NCBI GenBank assembly: GCA_964423175.1
Contig: CAYRDM010000001.1
Span: 1-39,846 of the forward strand
Origin: an uncultured Candidatus Saccharibacteria bacterium
Lineage (GTDB): Bacteria > Patescibacteriota > Minisyncoccia > 2-02-FULL-40-12 > IGHO2-01-FULL-4-A
Direction of reading: 5' to 3'
Length of the DNA stretch: 39,846 nt
Below the pieces are notes generated by a model that was given only the letters and a program-made list of their open reading frames with translations, made no database searches and was not told the DNA's origin. This document shows, piece by piece, positions 27,403 through 35,334 of this stretch (its first letter is position 1; every line of letters starts with the position of its first letter). Made by a program: the position numbers and the translations under genes.

Positions 27403-27927
27403 TTAACCACTTGCCCGATACCAAACGAAGAACTTATTCATGCGAGCGCCAATCTCTTTGCAATGCCCAAGCGTATTCTCATCAATTCTTTTCTCTTCGA
27501 TCAACCGACGCACCCCTTGAGCTTCCGGCACGCTTAAGAATCTAGCATCAACCCCAGACGACTGTTTGAACAACAAATGCCTCCAGAGGCCACTTTTCCA
27601 ACCGCTCTCGCCCATATCGTGATCCCATTCAATTCTCAATAGGTCAGCCAGGGTTTTTAATAATTTACCGCTTAAGCCCTTGGAATTGTGCCTCAACGCT
27701 TCTGTCACTTCTCTGTTTACAATAATGTCCCAGTTGTCCGTAAAATGATGGTACCTAGAAACGGGTATGCGGCCCCTGTCGCCAAGAAGATATTCACGCA
27801 AAGCTGCGGCCATGGGTAAAAGAATTCCGGATTCTTTGTCGGGAAAAGATTCCATTCCTTCATTTGTTGCAAAAAATAAAATTATATCCAGAATTGTCCC
27901 CTCAAAAGCAGTATCCCTGGGCTCCAT
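27403..27927 (-). CDS. hypothetical protein
   Basis: ATG preceded by GGAG. No family recognised. Forms a two-gene unit with 26903..27385. Confidence 0.5.
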   Translation of the reverse strand: MEPRDTAFEGTILDIILFFATNEGMESFPDKESGILLPMAAALREYLLGDRGRIPVSRYHHFTDNWDIIVNREVTEALRHNSKGLSGKLLKTLADLLRIEWDHDMGESGWKSGLWRHLLFKQSSGVDARFLSVPEAQGVRRLIEEKRIDENTLGHCKEIGARMNKFFVWYRASG

Positions 27928-27993
27928 TTTATCTCCTCATTAAAATGTAAAATAACTTGGCTTTATGTTATTAGTGTATTAGAATGGTGTCAA

Positions 27994-28317
27994 ATGATCA
28001 CAATTGATGATTTCAAAAAAATAAACATAGTGGTGGGCCAAATCGAGAATGTTGAAGAAATTGAGGGTAGTGAGAAACTATACAAATTCAGCATAAATAT
28101 CGGAACGGAAACGAGGCAAATTCTTGGCGGACTTAAACCTTCTTATACAAAGGAAGATTTAACGGGCAGGCAGGTTTTGATTCTTGCAAACCTCGAACCA
28201 CGCAAACTAATGGGCCTTGAATCACAAGGCATGATATTGGCGGCTTCTGATGAGAATGGCAAAGCAGTTATAATAAGTCCTGAAAAACAAGTAGCCAACG
28301 GTTCAATAATAAGATAA
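27994..28317 (+). CDS. tRNA-binding domain protein (CsaA/Trbp111-like)
   Basis: 107 aa. DFKKINIVVGQI...EGSEKLYKFSINIG...RQILGGLK...LANLEPRKLMGLESQGMILAA matches the OB-fold tRNA-binding domain. Confidence 0.8.
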   Translation: MITIDDFKKINIVVGQIENVEEIEGSEKLYKFSINIGTETRQILGGLKPSYTKEDLTGRQVLILANLEPRKLMGLESQGMILAASDENGKAVIISPEKQVANGSIIR

Positions 28318-28326
28318 TATTTAATA

Positions 28327-29307
28327 ATGAATAAAATATTCTCGGGCATTCGCCCATCTGGCAAACTACATCTCGGTAATTACCTGGGGGCAATCAAAAA
28401 CTGGATAGAACTCCAAAACAATCCGGACACAGAGCAAACTATTTTTGCTGTAGTTGATTATCACGGAATTACAACTCCATTTGAACCAAAGGAATACAAA
28501 CAACAAATAATGGACGCTGCAATCGATTTTCTTGCGGCCGGTGTTGATCCCAAAAAGTCCCTTTTAATTCGCCAATCATACGTACCGGCCCATACCGAGC
28601 TTGCCTGGATTTTCAATACGATAACTCCCGTAAGTTGGTTGGACCGATTGCCAACTTATCGCGAACAGTTAGAAAAAAATCCCAAATACAATAACATGGG
28701 TTTATTGGATTATCCAGTTTTAATGGCAGTCGATATTCTTATTTACAAACCGAATATGGTTCCTGTTGGAGAAGACCAGCTTCCTCACATAGACCTCACA
28801 AATGAGATAGCAAGAAGATTCAACTCAATGTTCGGCGAAACATTTAAAACCGTAAAACCTTACATAACCGAAGGCGCCAGAATCATGTCGCTTCAAGATC
28901 CGAAGAAAAAAATGTCGAAAACCGGAGACGAAGGTATTGCCTTAACGGATTCCCCTGATTTAATCAGGGAAAAAATCAAAAAAGCCGTTACGGATTCGGG
29001 CAAGGATATAAAATTTGACCCAGAAAAAAAACCAGCGATTGCTAATCTACTAACGATCTATCACCTTCTGGGAAATAAGGAAATAAAAGACATAGAGTCC
29101 GACTATGAAGGCAAAACATATTCTGAATTTAAATCAGATTTGGCTGAAGTCGTTGTTAACTTCTTGAAACCATTTCAGAAAAAATATGAAGAAATATCAA
29201 ATGACCCGACATACGTTAAAGACATCCTCCTAGAATCGGAAGAAAAAGCGAGAGAAATCTCTAATAAAACCCTAACTGAGGTTAAGACCAAGATGGGTCT
29301 TCTATAA
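28327..29307 (+). CDS. trpS: tryptophan--tRNA ligase
   Basis: GIRPSGKLHLGNYLG (HIGH region), KMSKT (KMSKS) and GEDQLPHIDLTNEIARRFN. Confidence 0.95.
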   Translation: MNKIFSGIRPSGKLHLGNYLGAIKNWIELQNNPDTEQTIFAVVDYHGITTPFEPKEYKQQIMDAAIDFLAAGVDPKKSLLIRQSYVPAHTELAWIFNTITPVSWLDRLPTYREQLEKNPKYNNMGLLDYPVLMAVDILIYKPNMVPVGEDQLPHIDLTNEIARRFNSMFGETFKTVKPYITEGARIMSLQDPKKKMSKTGDEGIALTDSPDLIREKIKKAVTDSGKDIKFDPEKKPAIANLLTIYHLLGNKEIKDIESDYEGKTYSEFKSDLAEVVVNFLKPFQKKYEEISNDPTYVKDILLESEEKAREISNKTLTEVKTKMGLL

Positions 29308-29312
29308 TTCGA

Positions 29313-30107
29313 CTAGCCAATAATACTCCTCAAAATTTCCTTAGTATCCTCGGGGCCTTTTACACTGATGCAATCTACCTTGGTTTCTAGAGCGGTGTAA
29401 TCATTACCCCCGGAATAAATAGCATCTCCAACAAAAATAGTATCCTTGCTTGAAACAGCAAGCTCTTTCTGAACTTGTCTTATACCATAGGCTTTGTTAA
29501 TCCCCTTTTTAGTTATATCTATCGATGTATAACCGGCAGCACTTATTTCCATCTCCGGCAGAACACTCTCGAGAGACTCAACAAATTTAATTTTTTCCAA
29601 ATAGTGCCCCCTCCTCCACTCTTCTTTTAAGTCCAATGGTGCTTCCTGGCCTAAAAATGAAAAAGTTATTTCTGTCCCTCTATCATCAATTGTGTCGCCA
29701 TATGTTTTCTTGGGCTGAACATACCCCAACTTCTCGATAGTTTCTTTCAACTTTTTGATTATTGTATTCTTTTCGTCCTGTTTTAAATCAACAGAATAAA
29801 TTTTCTGCCAAAAATTATCGGCATATCTATAAAACAGCGCGGCGTTTGTCGGGAACAAAAAAAGATTAGCCAAATATTCGGCGGGGCTATTGAGTTTATC
29901 CAAAAACTGTTTTTTGAAACTTTCAAATGTGCCACCGCCAATTACGGCAACCCTTTTTTGAGTTAGAAGTTTTTCAAAAAGAGTTGCCATTTCTTCATCC
30001 ATTTCTGACTTGCTTGGCGTCAACGTTCCATCCAAATCAAAAATAATGAGTTTTGCCTTTTTGTGTTTATTTTGTATTTTGTATAATGTTGTTGGTGGCA
30101 TAGACAT
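29313..30107 (-). CDS. HAD-IIB hydrolase, eukaryotic-type phosphomannomutase-like
   Basis: FDLDGTLTPSKSEMDEEM...VAVIGGGTF parallels the PMM pattern DxDGTLT...GxVGGSD. A C-terminal GDxxxxGGNDY-type motif is present. Confidence 0.65.
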   Translation of the reverse strand: MSMPPTTLYKIQNKHKKAKLIIFDLDGTLTPSKSEMDEEMATLFEKLLTQKRVAVIGGGTFESFKKQFLDKLNSPAEYLANLFLFPTNAALFYRYADNFWQKIYSVDLKQDEKNTIIKKLKETIEKLGYVQPKKTYGDTIDDRGTEITFSFLGQEAPLDLKEEWRRGHYLEKIKFVESLESVLPEMEISAAGYTSIDITKKGINKAYGIRQVQKELAVSSKDTIFVGDAIYSGGNDYTALETKVDCISVKGPEDTKEILRSIIG

Positions 30108-30112
30108 AAAAA

Positions 30113-31468
30113 ATGGAACTACTAAACAAAATTAAAAAGGTACACATGGTCGGTATAAAAGGTACCGGCATGTCTGCTTTAGCGGTAAACCTGAAATCAA
30201 TGGGCATAAGCGTAACCGGCTCAGACTTTTCAGAATCGTTTTTTACCGATGCCTTACTTAAAAAACACGAAATCAAAGTCTTAAGTCCTTTCTCGGCAAA
30301 GAATGTAGATCCTAACATTGACCTGCTTATAGTATCTACAGCTTATAATAACAAAAACCCAGAACTACAAGAAGCCAAAAAACTTGGCTTAAAAATAATA
30401 ACTTATCCAGAAATGCTTGGTGTTATAACAAAACAGTTAAAATCAATAGCTGTTTGCGGCAGTCATGGCAAAACCACAACCTCCGGGGCCCTCTCATATA
30501 TCCTGAGCAAAACACGCTACAAGCCGATAGTTAACATCGGATCAATTGTTCCTCAGTTAATAAATTACAAAACAAAGGATCCTCAACTATTCGTTTTTGA
30601 AGCCGATGAATATCAAAACAAGTTCAGATTTTTTAAACCAGAAATAGTTATTCTAACAAATGTCGATTTTGATCATCCAGACTTTTTTAAAAACAAAAAG
30701 CATTACGCATCTGTCTTTGTAGAATTTATAAAAAGAATCCCCGCCAAAGGTTTGCTAGTATATTGCTCTGATGATAAAAACGCATCTAGCGTTGCGAGAT
30801 ATGCAAAATGTAAAAAGATCAGCTACGGCTTAAATAATAGTCCTGATATAAAAATAAAAATCGTAAATATAAAACCCGCCAGAATGGAATTTGAAGTCAG
30901 CAAGATGGGTAAATTTAAATCAAAGTTAATCGGAGAACACAACGCCCTTAATCTGAGCGCGACAATCATATGCTCTAATTTTCTCAAGGCCGACCAACGA
31001 ACAGTTGCAAGCGCTGTCTCAGGTTTTACGGGAACAAAACGCCGTCTAGAATTAATAAAAGAAATAGTTATAAATGGACATAAGTGTACAATAATAGATG
31101 ACTACGGGCATCATCCAACCGAAATAAAAGCAACTATCGCAACAATAAAAAGCGCCTACCCAAATAAGACCCTCTGGACCGTATTCCAACCCCACACATT
31201 TTCCAGAACAAAAGCCTTATTCGAAGATTTTTCTAAAACATTTACCCAATCTGATCAAACAATAATTTTAGATATCTACGCTTCAAAAAGAGAAACAAGC
31301 GGTAAAATACATTCCAGGGATCTTGTTAAAAAAATAAATTCACCTAACGTATATTACCTCCCTGACACAGAAATGACCTTGGACTTTTTAAATAAAAAAA
31401 TAAAAACCGATAGCATCATACTGACTATCGGCGCAGGCAACGTTTGGGAGTTAGTAAAAATACTCTAA
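30113..31468 (+). CDS. murC: UDP-N-acetylmuramate--L-alanine ligase
   Basis: VHMVGIKGTGMSALA N-terminal Rossmann motif, GSHGKTTT P-loop, DDYGHHPTE. Confidence 0.92.
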   Translation: MELLNKIKKVHMVGIKGTGMSALAVNLKSMGISVTGSDFSESFFTDALLKKHEIKVLSPFSAKNVDPNIDLLIVSTAYNNKNPELQEAKKLGLKIITYPEMLGVITKQLKSIAVCGSHGKTTTSGALSYILSKTRYKPIVNIGSIVPQLINYKTKDPQLFVFEADEYQNKFRFFKPEIVILTNVDFDHPDFFKNKKHYASVFVEFIKRIPAKGLLVYCSDDKNASSVARYAKCKKISYGLNNSPDIKIKIVNIKPARMEFEVSKMGKFKSKLIGEHNALNLSATIICSNFLKADQRTVASAVSGFTGTKRRLELIKEIVINGHKCTIIDDYGHHPTEIKATIATIKSAYPNKTLWTVFQPHTFSRTKALFEDFSKTFTQSDQTIILDIYASKRETSGKIHSRDLVKKINSPNVYYLPDTEMTLDFLNKKIKTDSIILTIGAGNVWELVKIL

Positions 31469-31474
31469 AAAACA

Positions 31475-31884
31475 AAAAGACCCAGGGAGGGGTCTCGGCC
31501 AGCGGATGGAGCACACCGGCCTAAAACTAGCACCTCTCCCCGGGTTGGGTCGTGGGAACAAAGGAATCCAGCTGTGGCAGTCATACACGTCATCCGCTGG
31601 CGATGCGTGCAATCTTGATACGAACTTACGCGTTTCTTACTTGATCCCTGCCTGTTGGCTCGGGGTATTGGGCAAGTTCGTAGAAGCGAAGACTTAAATT
31701 AAAGAACGGGAGGGTCGGCTTTCGGGCCAATTTCACCGACCCCCTTTTTTTTGTTAGCAGCATGCTTTTTTGATCCATGGGACACTTCCCGGGTTATCCC
31801 AGGCGCATGGGCCTTGCCTGCGACTATGGGGTAACTTGCGGCGGGGCCTAACCGGGCCCTTTCACCGCAGTCCTAACCTTAGCT
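31475..31884 (-). ncRNA. rnpB: structured G+C-rich RNA of about 410 nt (island 2); probable divergent RNase P RNA (type A-like)
   Basis: Own promoter and terminator. There are collinear matches to E. coli M1 RNA as I remember it:
- AUAGUCGC + hairpin (31820-31827);
- GGGAUAACCCGGG (31788-31800);
- CAACAG (31652-31657);
- GGGAUCAAGUAAG (31636-31648);
- AUGACUGCCAC (31574-31584);
- CACGACCCAACCCGGGG (31538-31554).
A 10-bp end-closing helix pairs 31873-31882 with 31521-31530. Not verified with a covariance model. Confidence 0.5.
31712..31752 (+). terminator. hairpin plus T8 inside island 2; reads as a plus-strand intrinsic terminator (possible murC terminator)
   Basis: GGGTCGG (31712-31718) / CCGACCC (31736-31742) followed by T8 (31745-31752). 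On the minus strand the same hairpin is preceded by A8 and lies inside the RNA. Confidence 0.45.
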
Positions 31885-31890
31885 TTCTCA

Positions 31891-31920
31891 ATTGTAGCAC
31901 AATTATTAACCAAGTGTCAA
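31891..31920 (-). promoter_or_regulatory. extended -10 promoter of the island-2 RNA
   Basis: Minus strand TTGACA (31915-31920), 18-nt spacer, TGc-TACAAT (31891-31896). Predicted +1 near 31884. Confidence 0.7.
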
Positions 31921-31936
31921 TAGCCATGCAGCCGCC

Positions 31937-33736
31937 CTATAAGGCCGCCTGATGCTCATTATACTGCCGCCATAAACCTTGGAAGTATTCACAGTTTTCA
32001 AGCAACTCAGACAATGTGCCCGATGCGACTATTCTTCCCTCACCGAATACATATATCCTATGAAACATAGGCAAAAGATGAAGTCTGTGGACTGAGGAAA
32101 TTATTGTCTTATCCGAAAAACCATTAAAGATGTTTCTATATACACTCATTTCAGTTGCAGTATCCAGACTGCTTGTTGGTTCATCCAAAAGAATAATGTC
32201 TTTGTCATGACAAGCTAACAAACCTCGAGCAAGTGCCAGCCGTTGCTGCTGCCCTCCGCTCAAATTGACACCCTTCTCTTTGATAGAAGAATTCCACTTA
32301 TTTGGAAGGTTTTCGACAATATCTGTGAAACAAGCCATATCAGTGAACCTGCGAACAAAGTCCAATTCATGTTCAGCACCAAGAGTAATATTTTCTAGAA
32401 TCGTAGTGGCAAATATTTCTGGATTTTGTGGACCGAGAGTTATGGCCCTGCTTATACCAGCAAAACCTTCTTCTATTTTTCTTCCATCAACATTTAGCTT
32501 AATGTTTCTGGGATGATAAAGATCTCGCATAACTTTCAGAAATGTTGTTTTGCCGCTTCCGCTTTCTCCAACAAAGGCTATACGCTCCCCTCGTTTCAAA
32601 GTAAAAGAAACATCTTCCAAATGGAGATCATCACTTTCTTCACTGTGATAAGAAAAATCCAAATGTTTAACTGATAGTTCTTTCCAATCCCGAGGCAACA
32701 CATGATTGCCAAAATTCTCTTCTCTGAAATCTCTGCTCAATTCTTCGGCGTTCATAACGCGAGACTTACTGCGCAGAATATTGCTATACATACCGGTGAA
32801 TCTAGAAACAAGCTCATTTATTTTATCCAGGTATCTGATCATCAAGAAAACGCTTCCAATCAGCACGCCCTTTGTGGTTCCAATGTTCTGCCAAAAATAA
32901 GCCCCCAAAACCATAGCGGTCATTGCGGTATAAATAATGTTGGTAAAAAACCATTTCGTTTCATTGATTCTTTGATTCAACTGAAACAAGCTAAAAGGCT
33001 TCTCAACCTTGTTCATGATTGCGTTAAATACTAATTTCTCAACTCTAAGAATGATGACGGTCGTAATATTGCTTATTACGTCAAAAACGCTTTCGGATAT
33101 TTGGTTCTCTGAGAGATTAAGATCGTCATACTGTTGAATCATTATCTTATCAAACCAAATGGTTATCCGAGCAGAAATCAAAATCATAGCCAAAACTATA
33201 AATGCTGCTGGCCAACTAAAATAGGCCAGAATAATATAGCTTATAATTAACTGCGCCACCGCATATATAACCTCGAAGGAGTCTTCAGAAAATGAGAACA
33301 GAGCATTCGTACCTTTTTCTATCTTATCAATTGTGTCTCCCGAATGATGTTCAACGTGCCATTCCATCGGCAAATTCATAATTCCTTGGAGTAAAAATTT
33401 ACGGTAGTTTGTGCGCAACTTGAATGCGTTATCTCTTTCCAAACAACGTGCTGGACCATGAAGAAGCCAGAACATAAATTCAAAGAGTAAGGTAAGGGCC
33501 AGGAGCTCCAAAAGAAATTTAATATTTGATACCACGATCCCTTCTTTCTGAATCGTATCCATAATCTTAGCCATAGCGAATGGTTGTCCAAAAAGCGTTA
33601 TGAAATTGGCTAGAATAAACATTGTCCAATACCAAACAACTTTTGTTCGATTACCATCCGAGTAATGCCAAGACTTGGAAAAAAGGTATAGCAAAGGGTT
33701 CTTCTCCCTATCCTCTCCTCCTGCATTAGCGGTCAT
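31937..33736 (-). CDS. ABC exporter, fused permease/ATPase (type I exporter, MsbA/bacteriocin-exporter-like, no C39 peptidase domain)
   Basis: Six predicted TMs N-terminally. Walker A GESGSGKTT, signature LSGGQQQR, Walker B ILLLDEPTS. Strong SD AAGGAGG. Confidence 0.9.
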   Translation of the reverse strand: MTANAGGEDREKNPLLYLFSKSWHYSDGNRTKVVWYWTMFILANFITLFGQPFAMAKIMDTIQKEGIVVSNIKFLLELLALTLLFEFMFWLLHGPARCLERDNAFKLRTNYRKFLLQGIMNLPMEWHVEHHSGDTIDKIEKGTNALFSFSEDSFEVIYAVAQLIISYIILAYFSWPAAFIVLAMILISARITIWFDKIMIQQYDDLNLSENQISESVFDVISNITTVIILRVEKLVFNAIMNKVEKPFSLFQLNQRINETKWFFTNIIYTAMTAMVLGAYFWQNIGTTKGVLIGSVFLMIRYLDKINELVSRFTGMYSNILRSKSRVMNAEELSRDFREENFGNHVLPRDWKELSVKHLDFSYHSEESDDLHLEDVSFTLKRGERIAFVGESGSGKTTFLKVMRDLYHPRNIKLNVDGRKIEEGFAGISRAITLGPQNPEIFATTILENITLGAEHELDFVRRFTDMACFTDIVENLPNKWNSSIKEKGVNLSGGQQQRLALARGLLACHDKDIILLDEPTSSLDTATEMSVYRNIFNGFSDKTIISSVHRLHLLPMFHRIYVFGEGRIVASGTLSELLENCEYFQGLWRQYNEHQAAL

Positions 33737-33776
33737 TTTACCTCCTTTTTAAAGATCTGCGACTACTATAAACAAT

Positions 33777-33804
33777 AGCGCCGCGGATTGCTATCCGCGG
33801 CGCT
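33777..33804 (-). terminator. perfect 12-bp GC-rich hairpin between the small ORF and the ABC exporter (terminator/attenuator candidate)
   Basis: AGCGCCGCGGAT-TGCT-ATCCGCGGCGCT. On the minus strand it is followed by AUUGUUUAU, a weak U-tract. Confidence 0.5.
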
Positions 33805-33832
33805 TAAACATAAACAAGTTAATTAGATTCCC

Positions 33833-33940
33833 CTACAATCGTTTATGTCTAAAAACCGCGATACAATCGCAATTGATATTAACACCAGCGCATCTAGGCG
33901 CAGTGTTTTTGTATATAAGTTGTGTTTTGTTATTAGACAT
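33833..33940 (-). CDS. candidate 35-aa Cys-containing peptide (MSNNKTQLIYKNTAPRCAGVNINCDCIAVFRHKRL)
   Basis: ATG..TAG ORF below the ORF-track cutoff, sitting between a putative promoter (TTGACG-17-TATTGT near 34024-34052) and the hairpin/ABC exporter. No good SD; GGAG is about 17 nt upstream. Confidence 0.3.
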   Translation of the reverse strand: MSNNKTQLIYKNTAPRCAGVNINCDCIAVFRHKRL

Positions 33941-34059
33941 TTTTGTTTTTTGATTGCTCCAATTTTATGACCCTTGAGGATCGAGCAAGCCTCTAAACCA
34001 ATAATGACAAAGATTTAGCATACAAATACAATAACATATCATATATTTTACGTCAATAT

Positions 34060-35031
34060 CTAGTACCTGCCACACATTGGTTCGGGATTGTTTTTTCTAT
34101 ACTTTATCATATTTGCCTCAGCGACTATTCGTTTCACTATCTCCATGTCTTTACCCTTATCACAATTACCCATGGCACCAAGCTTATTCAGCTCGTGTGG
34201 ATCTCCCCCAGTATTTGCAATAAACAGTGGCAAACCACCTTCTAAATTTTTAAATTCACGAATCACATCAGAACCGCTAAATGACATCGATAGCCCTTGA
34301 TCCATCAAAACAATATCAGGCCCGCGTTCAATTATCCGACGAGCGACGTCTTTCTCTGGTTTAGGATTTTTATTATCCGCATCTTTGTGCTGTAACAGAT
34401 CTAAAGTAATATTCTCCCAGCCAATAAAAGATCCGCTAGTTCTAATAATATCTGCTGAGCTATCGTCAACAATCAAAACTCTTAACGGCAATGGTGAGGG
34501 TTTAAATAATCTTCCTGGAAAACTAAAATTTTTATTTGCATAATCCGGCCTAAAAGGCCTGCCTCCCATTCTAATAATATTGTCATTGATCAAAGTAATC
34601 AGGTGTTCAATTGTAATAGAATATTCCCCACCACAACCAGGAAAAATTTTAAGAACTGCCAAAGCACCTTCTATGATTTCGACTTCTTGGCTGTTGTCTG
34701 TTTTAAGCTGGGGGCGTATCTGATTTTCTATCAAAGTCACCATTTCAGCATCTTCTTCTTTTATCTTATTGTCTTGTGGTAAATAGAAATCAAACAATTC
34801 CCTTTCTAGTTCGGGAACTGTCAAACCGCACCTTGCGAATACATGACAAAGGCGATCAAAAATCCATTTTCTATCCCATATGGCGGTTTCTATATAAAAT
34901 CTCTCTATTTCTTTTAGATTAACGACAAATATTTTATTGTCTAACATTTGTGCCAAGTCGGCTGCAACCTTGGCAAATCCCAAGGAGCGTAAAACATCCT
35001 GATTCAAATTGACCATGTTTGTATATTTCAT
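34060..35031 (-). CDS. orphan response-regulator-like protein: unknown N-terminal domain plus C-terminal receiver (REC) domain
   Basis: RVLIVDDSS ... DIVLMDQGL (phospho-acceptor Asp context) ... FIANTGG ... DKGK. Strong SD GGAGGAG. No histidine kinase and no DNA-binding output domain are present in the window. Confidence 0.65.
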   Translation of the reverse strand: MKYTNMVNLNQDVLRSLGFAKVAADLAQMLDNKIFVVNLKEIERFYIETAIWDRKWIFDRLCHVFARCGLTVPELERELFDFYLPQDNKIKEEDAEMVTLIENQIRPQLKTDNSQEVEIIEGALAVLKIFPGCGGEYSITIEHLITLINDNIIRMGGRPFRPDYANKNFSFPGRLFKPSPLPLRVLIVDDSSADIIRTSGSFIGWENITLDLLQHKDADNKNPKPEKDVARRIIERGPDIVLMDQGLSMSFSGSDVIREFKNLEGGLPLFIANTGGDPHELNKLGAMGNCDKGKDMEIVKRIVAEANMIKYRKNNPEPMCGRY

Positions 35032-35076
35032 CTTCTCCTCCTTTTTAATTGTTAATGTTCTTAAATAAAAAAAATA

Positions 35077-35100
35077 AAACCGCCCCTTCTGGGGCGGTTT
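35077..35100. terminator. bidirectional intrinsic terminator
   Basis: AAACCGCCCC-TTCT-GGGGCGGTTT (10 bp), with A-rich sequence upstream and T-rich downstream. Confidence 0.75.
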
Positions 35101-35130
35101 TTAAGTTCTTTGATTAACTATTTAAAAAAG

Positions 35131-35211
35131 TTACAGAACGCAAAAATTGCCCCAGAAATTGGTACGGTATACTTTGTAATATCTCTTGTATCGGGCAATC
35201 TTTATTTGCAT
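35131..35211 (-). CDS. candidate leaderless 26-aa basic/aromatic peptide (MQIKIARYKRYYKVYRTNFWGNFCVL), or alternatively an sRNA of about 135 nt
   Basis: The ATG lies 6 nt after the TAAAAT -10 box. The unit ends at the 35077-35100 terminator. Below the ORF-track cutoff. Confidence 0.3.
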   Translation of the reverse strand: MQIKIARYKRYYKVYRTNFWGNFCVL

Positions 35212-35217
35212 ATTTGT

Positions 35218-35246
35218 ATTTTAATCCAAATTAAAAATTATGTCAA
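35218..35246 (-). promoter_or_regulatory. putative promoter of the 35077-35211 unit
   Basis: Minus strand TTGACA (35241-35246), 17-nt spacer, TAAAAT (35218-35223). Confidence 0.6.
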
Positions 35247-35269
35247 GCAAAACCCTTTCTCAAACAAAA

Positions 35270-35288
35270 AAGAGCTGGTCAAGCTCTT
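35270..35288 (-). terminator. intrinsic terminator of the island-3 gene
   Basis: AAGAGCT-GGTCA-AGCTCTT hairpin with a U-run on the minus strand (A-run 35266-35270 on plus). Confidence 0.7.
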
Positions 35289-35334
35289 CGCGCCGCCTCC
35301 TTTTGACGGATATTTAACGACCGTTTTTAACGAA

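Noticed and set aside
31700-31884. Calling the 5' part of island 2 a tmRNA (PK1-like GGGCC-CGGUUA-GGCCC..CCG followed by AUAGUCGCA).
   Set aside because: It has no tRNA-like domain. The open frame after GCA runs 40+ codons or ends in ..KKACC. The same elements fit a P1-insert/P2/P3 reading of RNase P better.
31506-31952. Plus-strand ORFs of 63 and 60 aa inside island 2.
   Set aside because: Same reasoning. They are short, lack an SD, have low-complexity translations, and lie antisense to the RNA unit.
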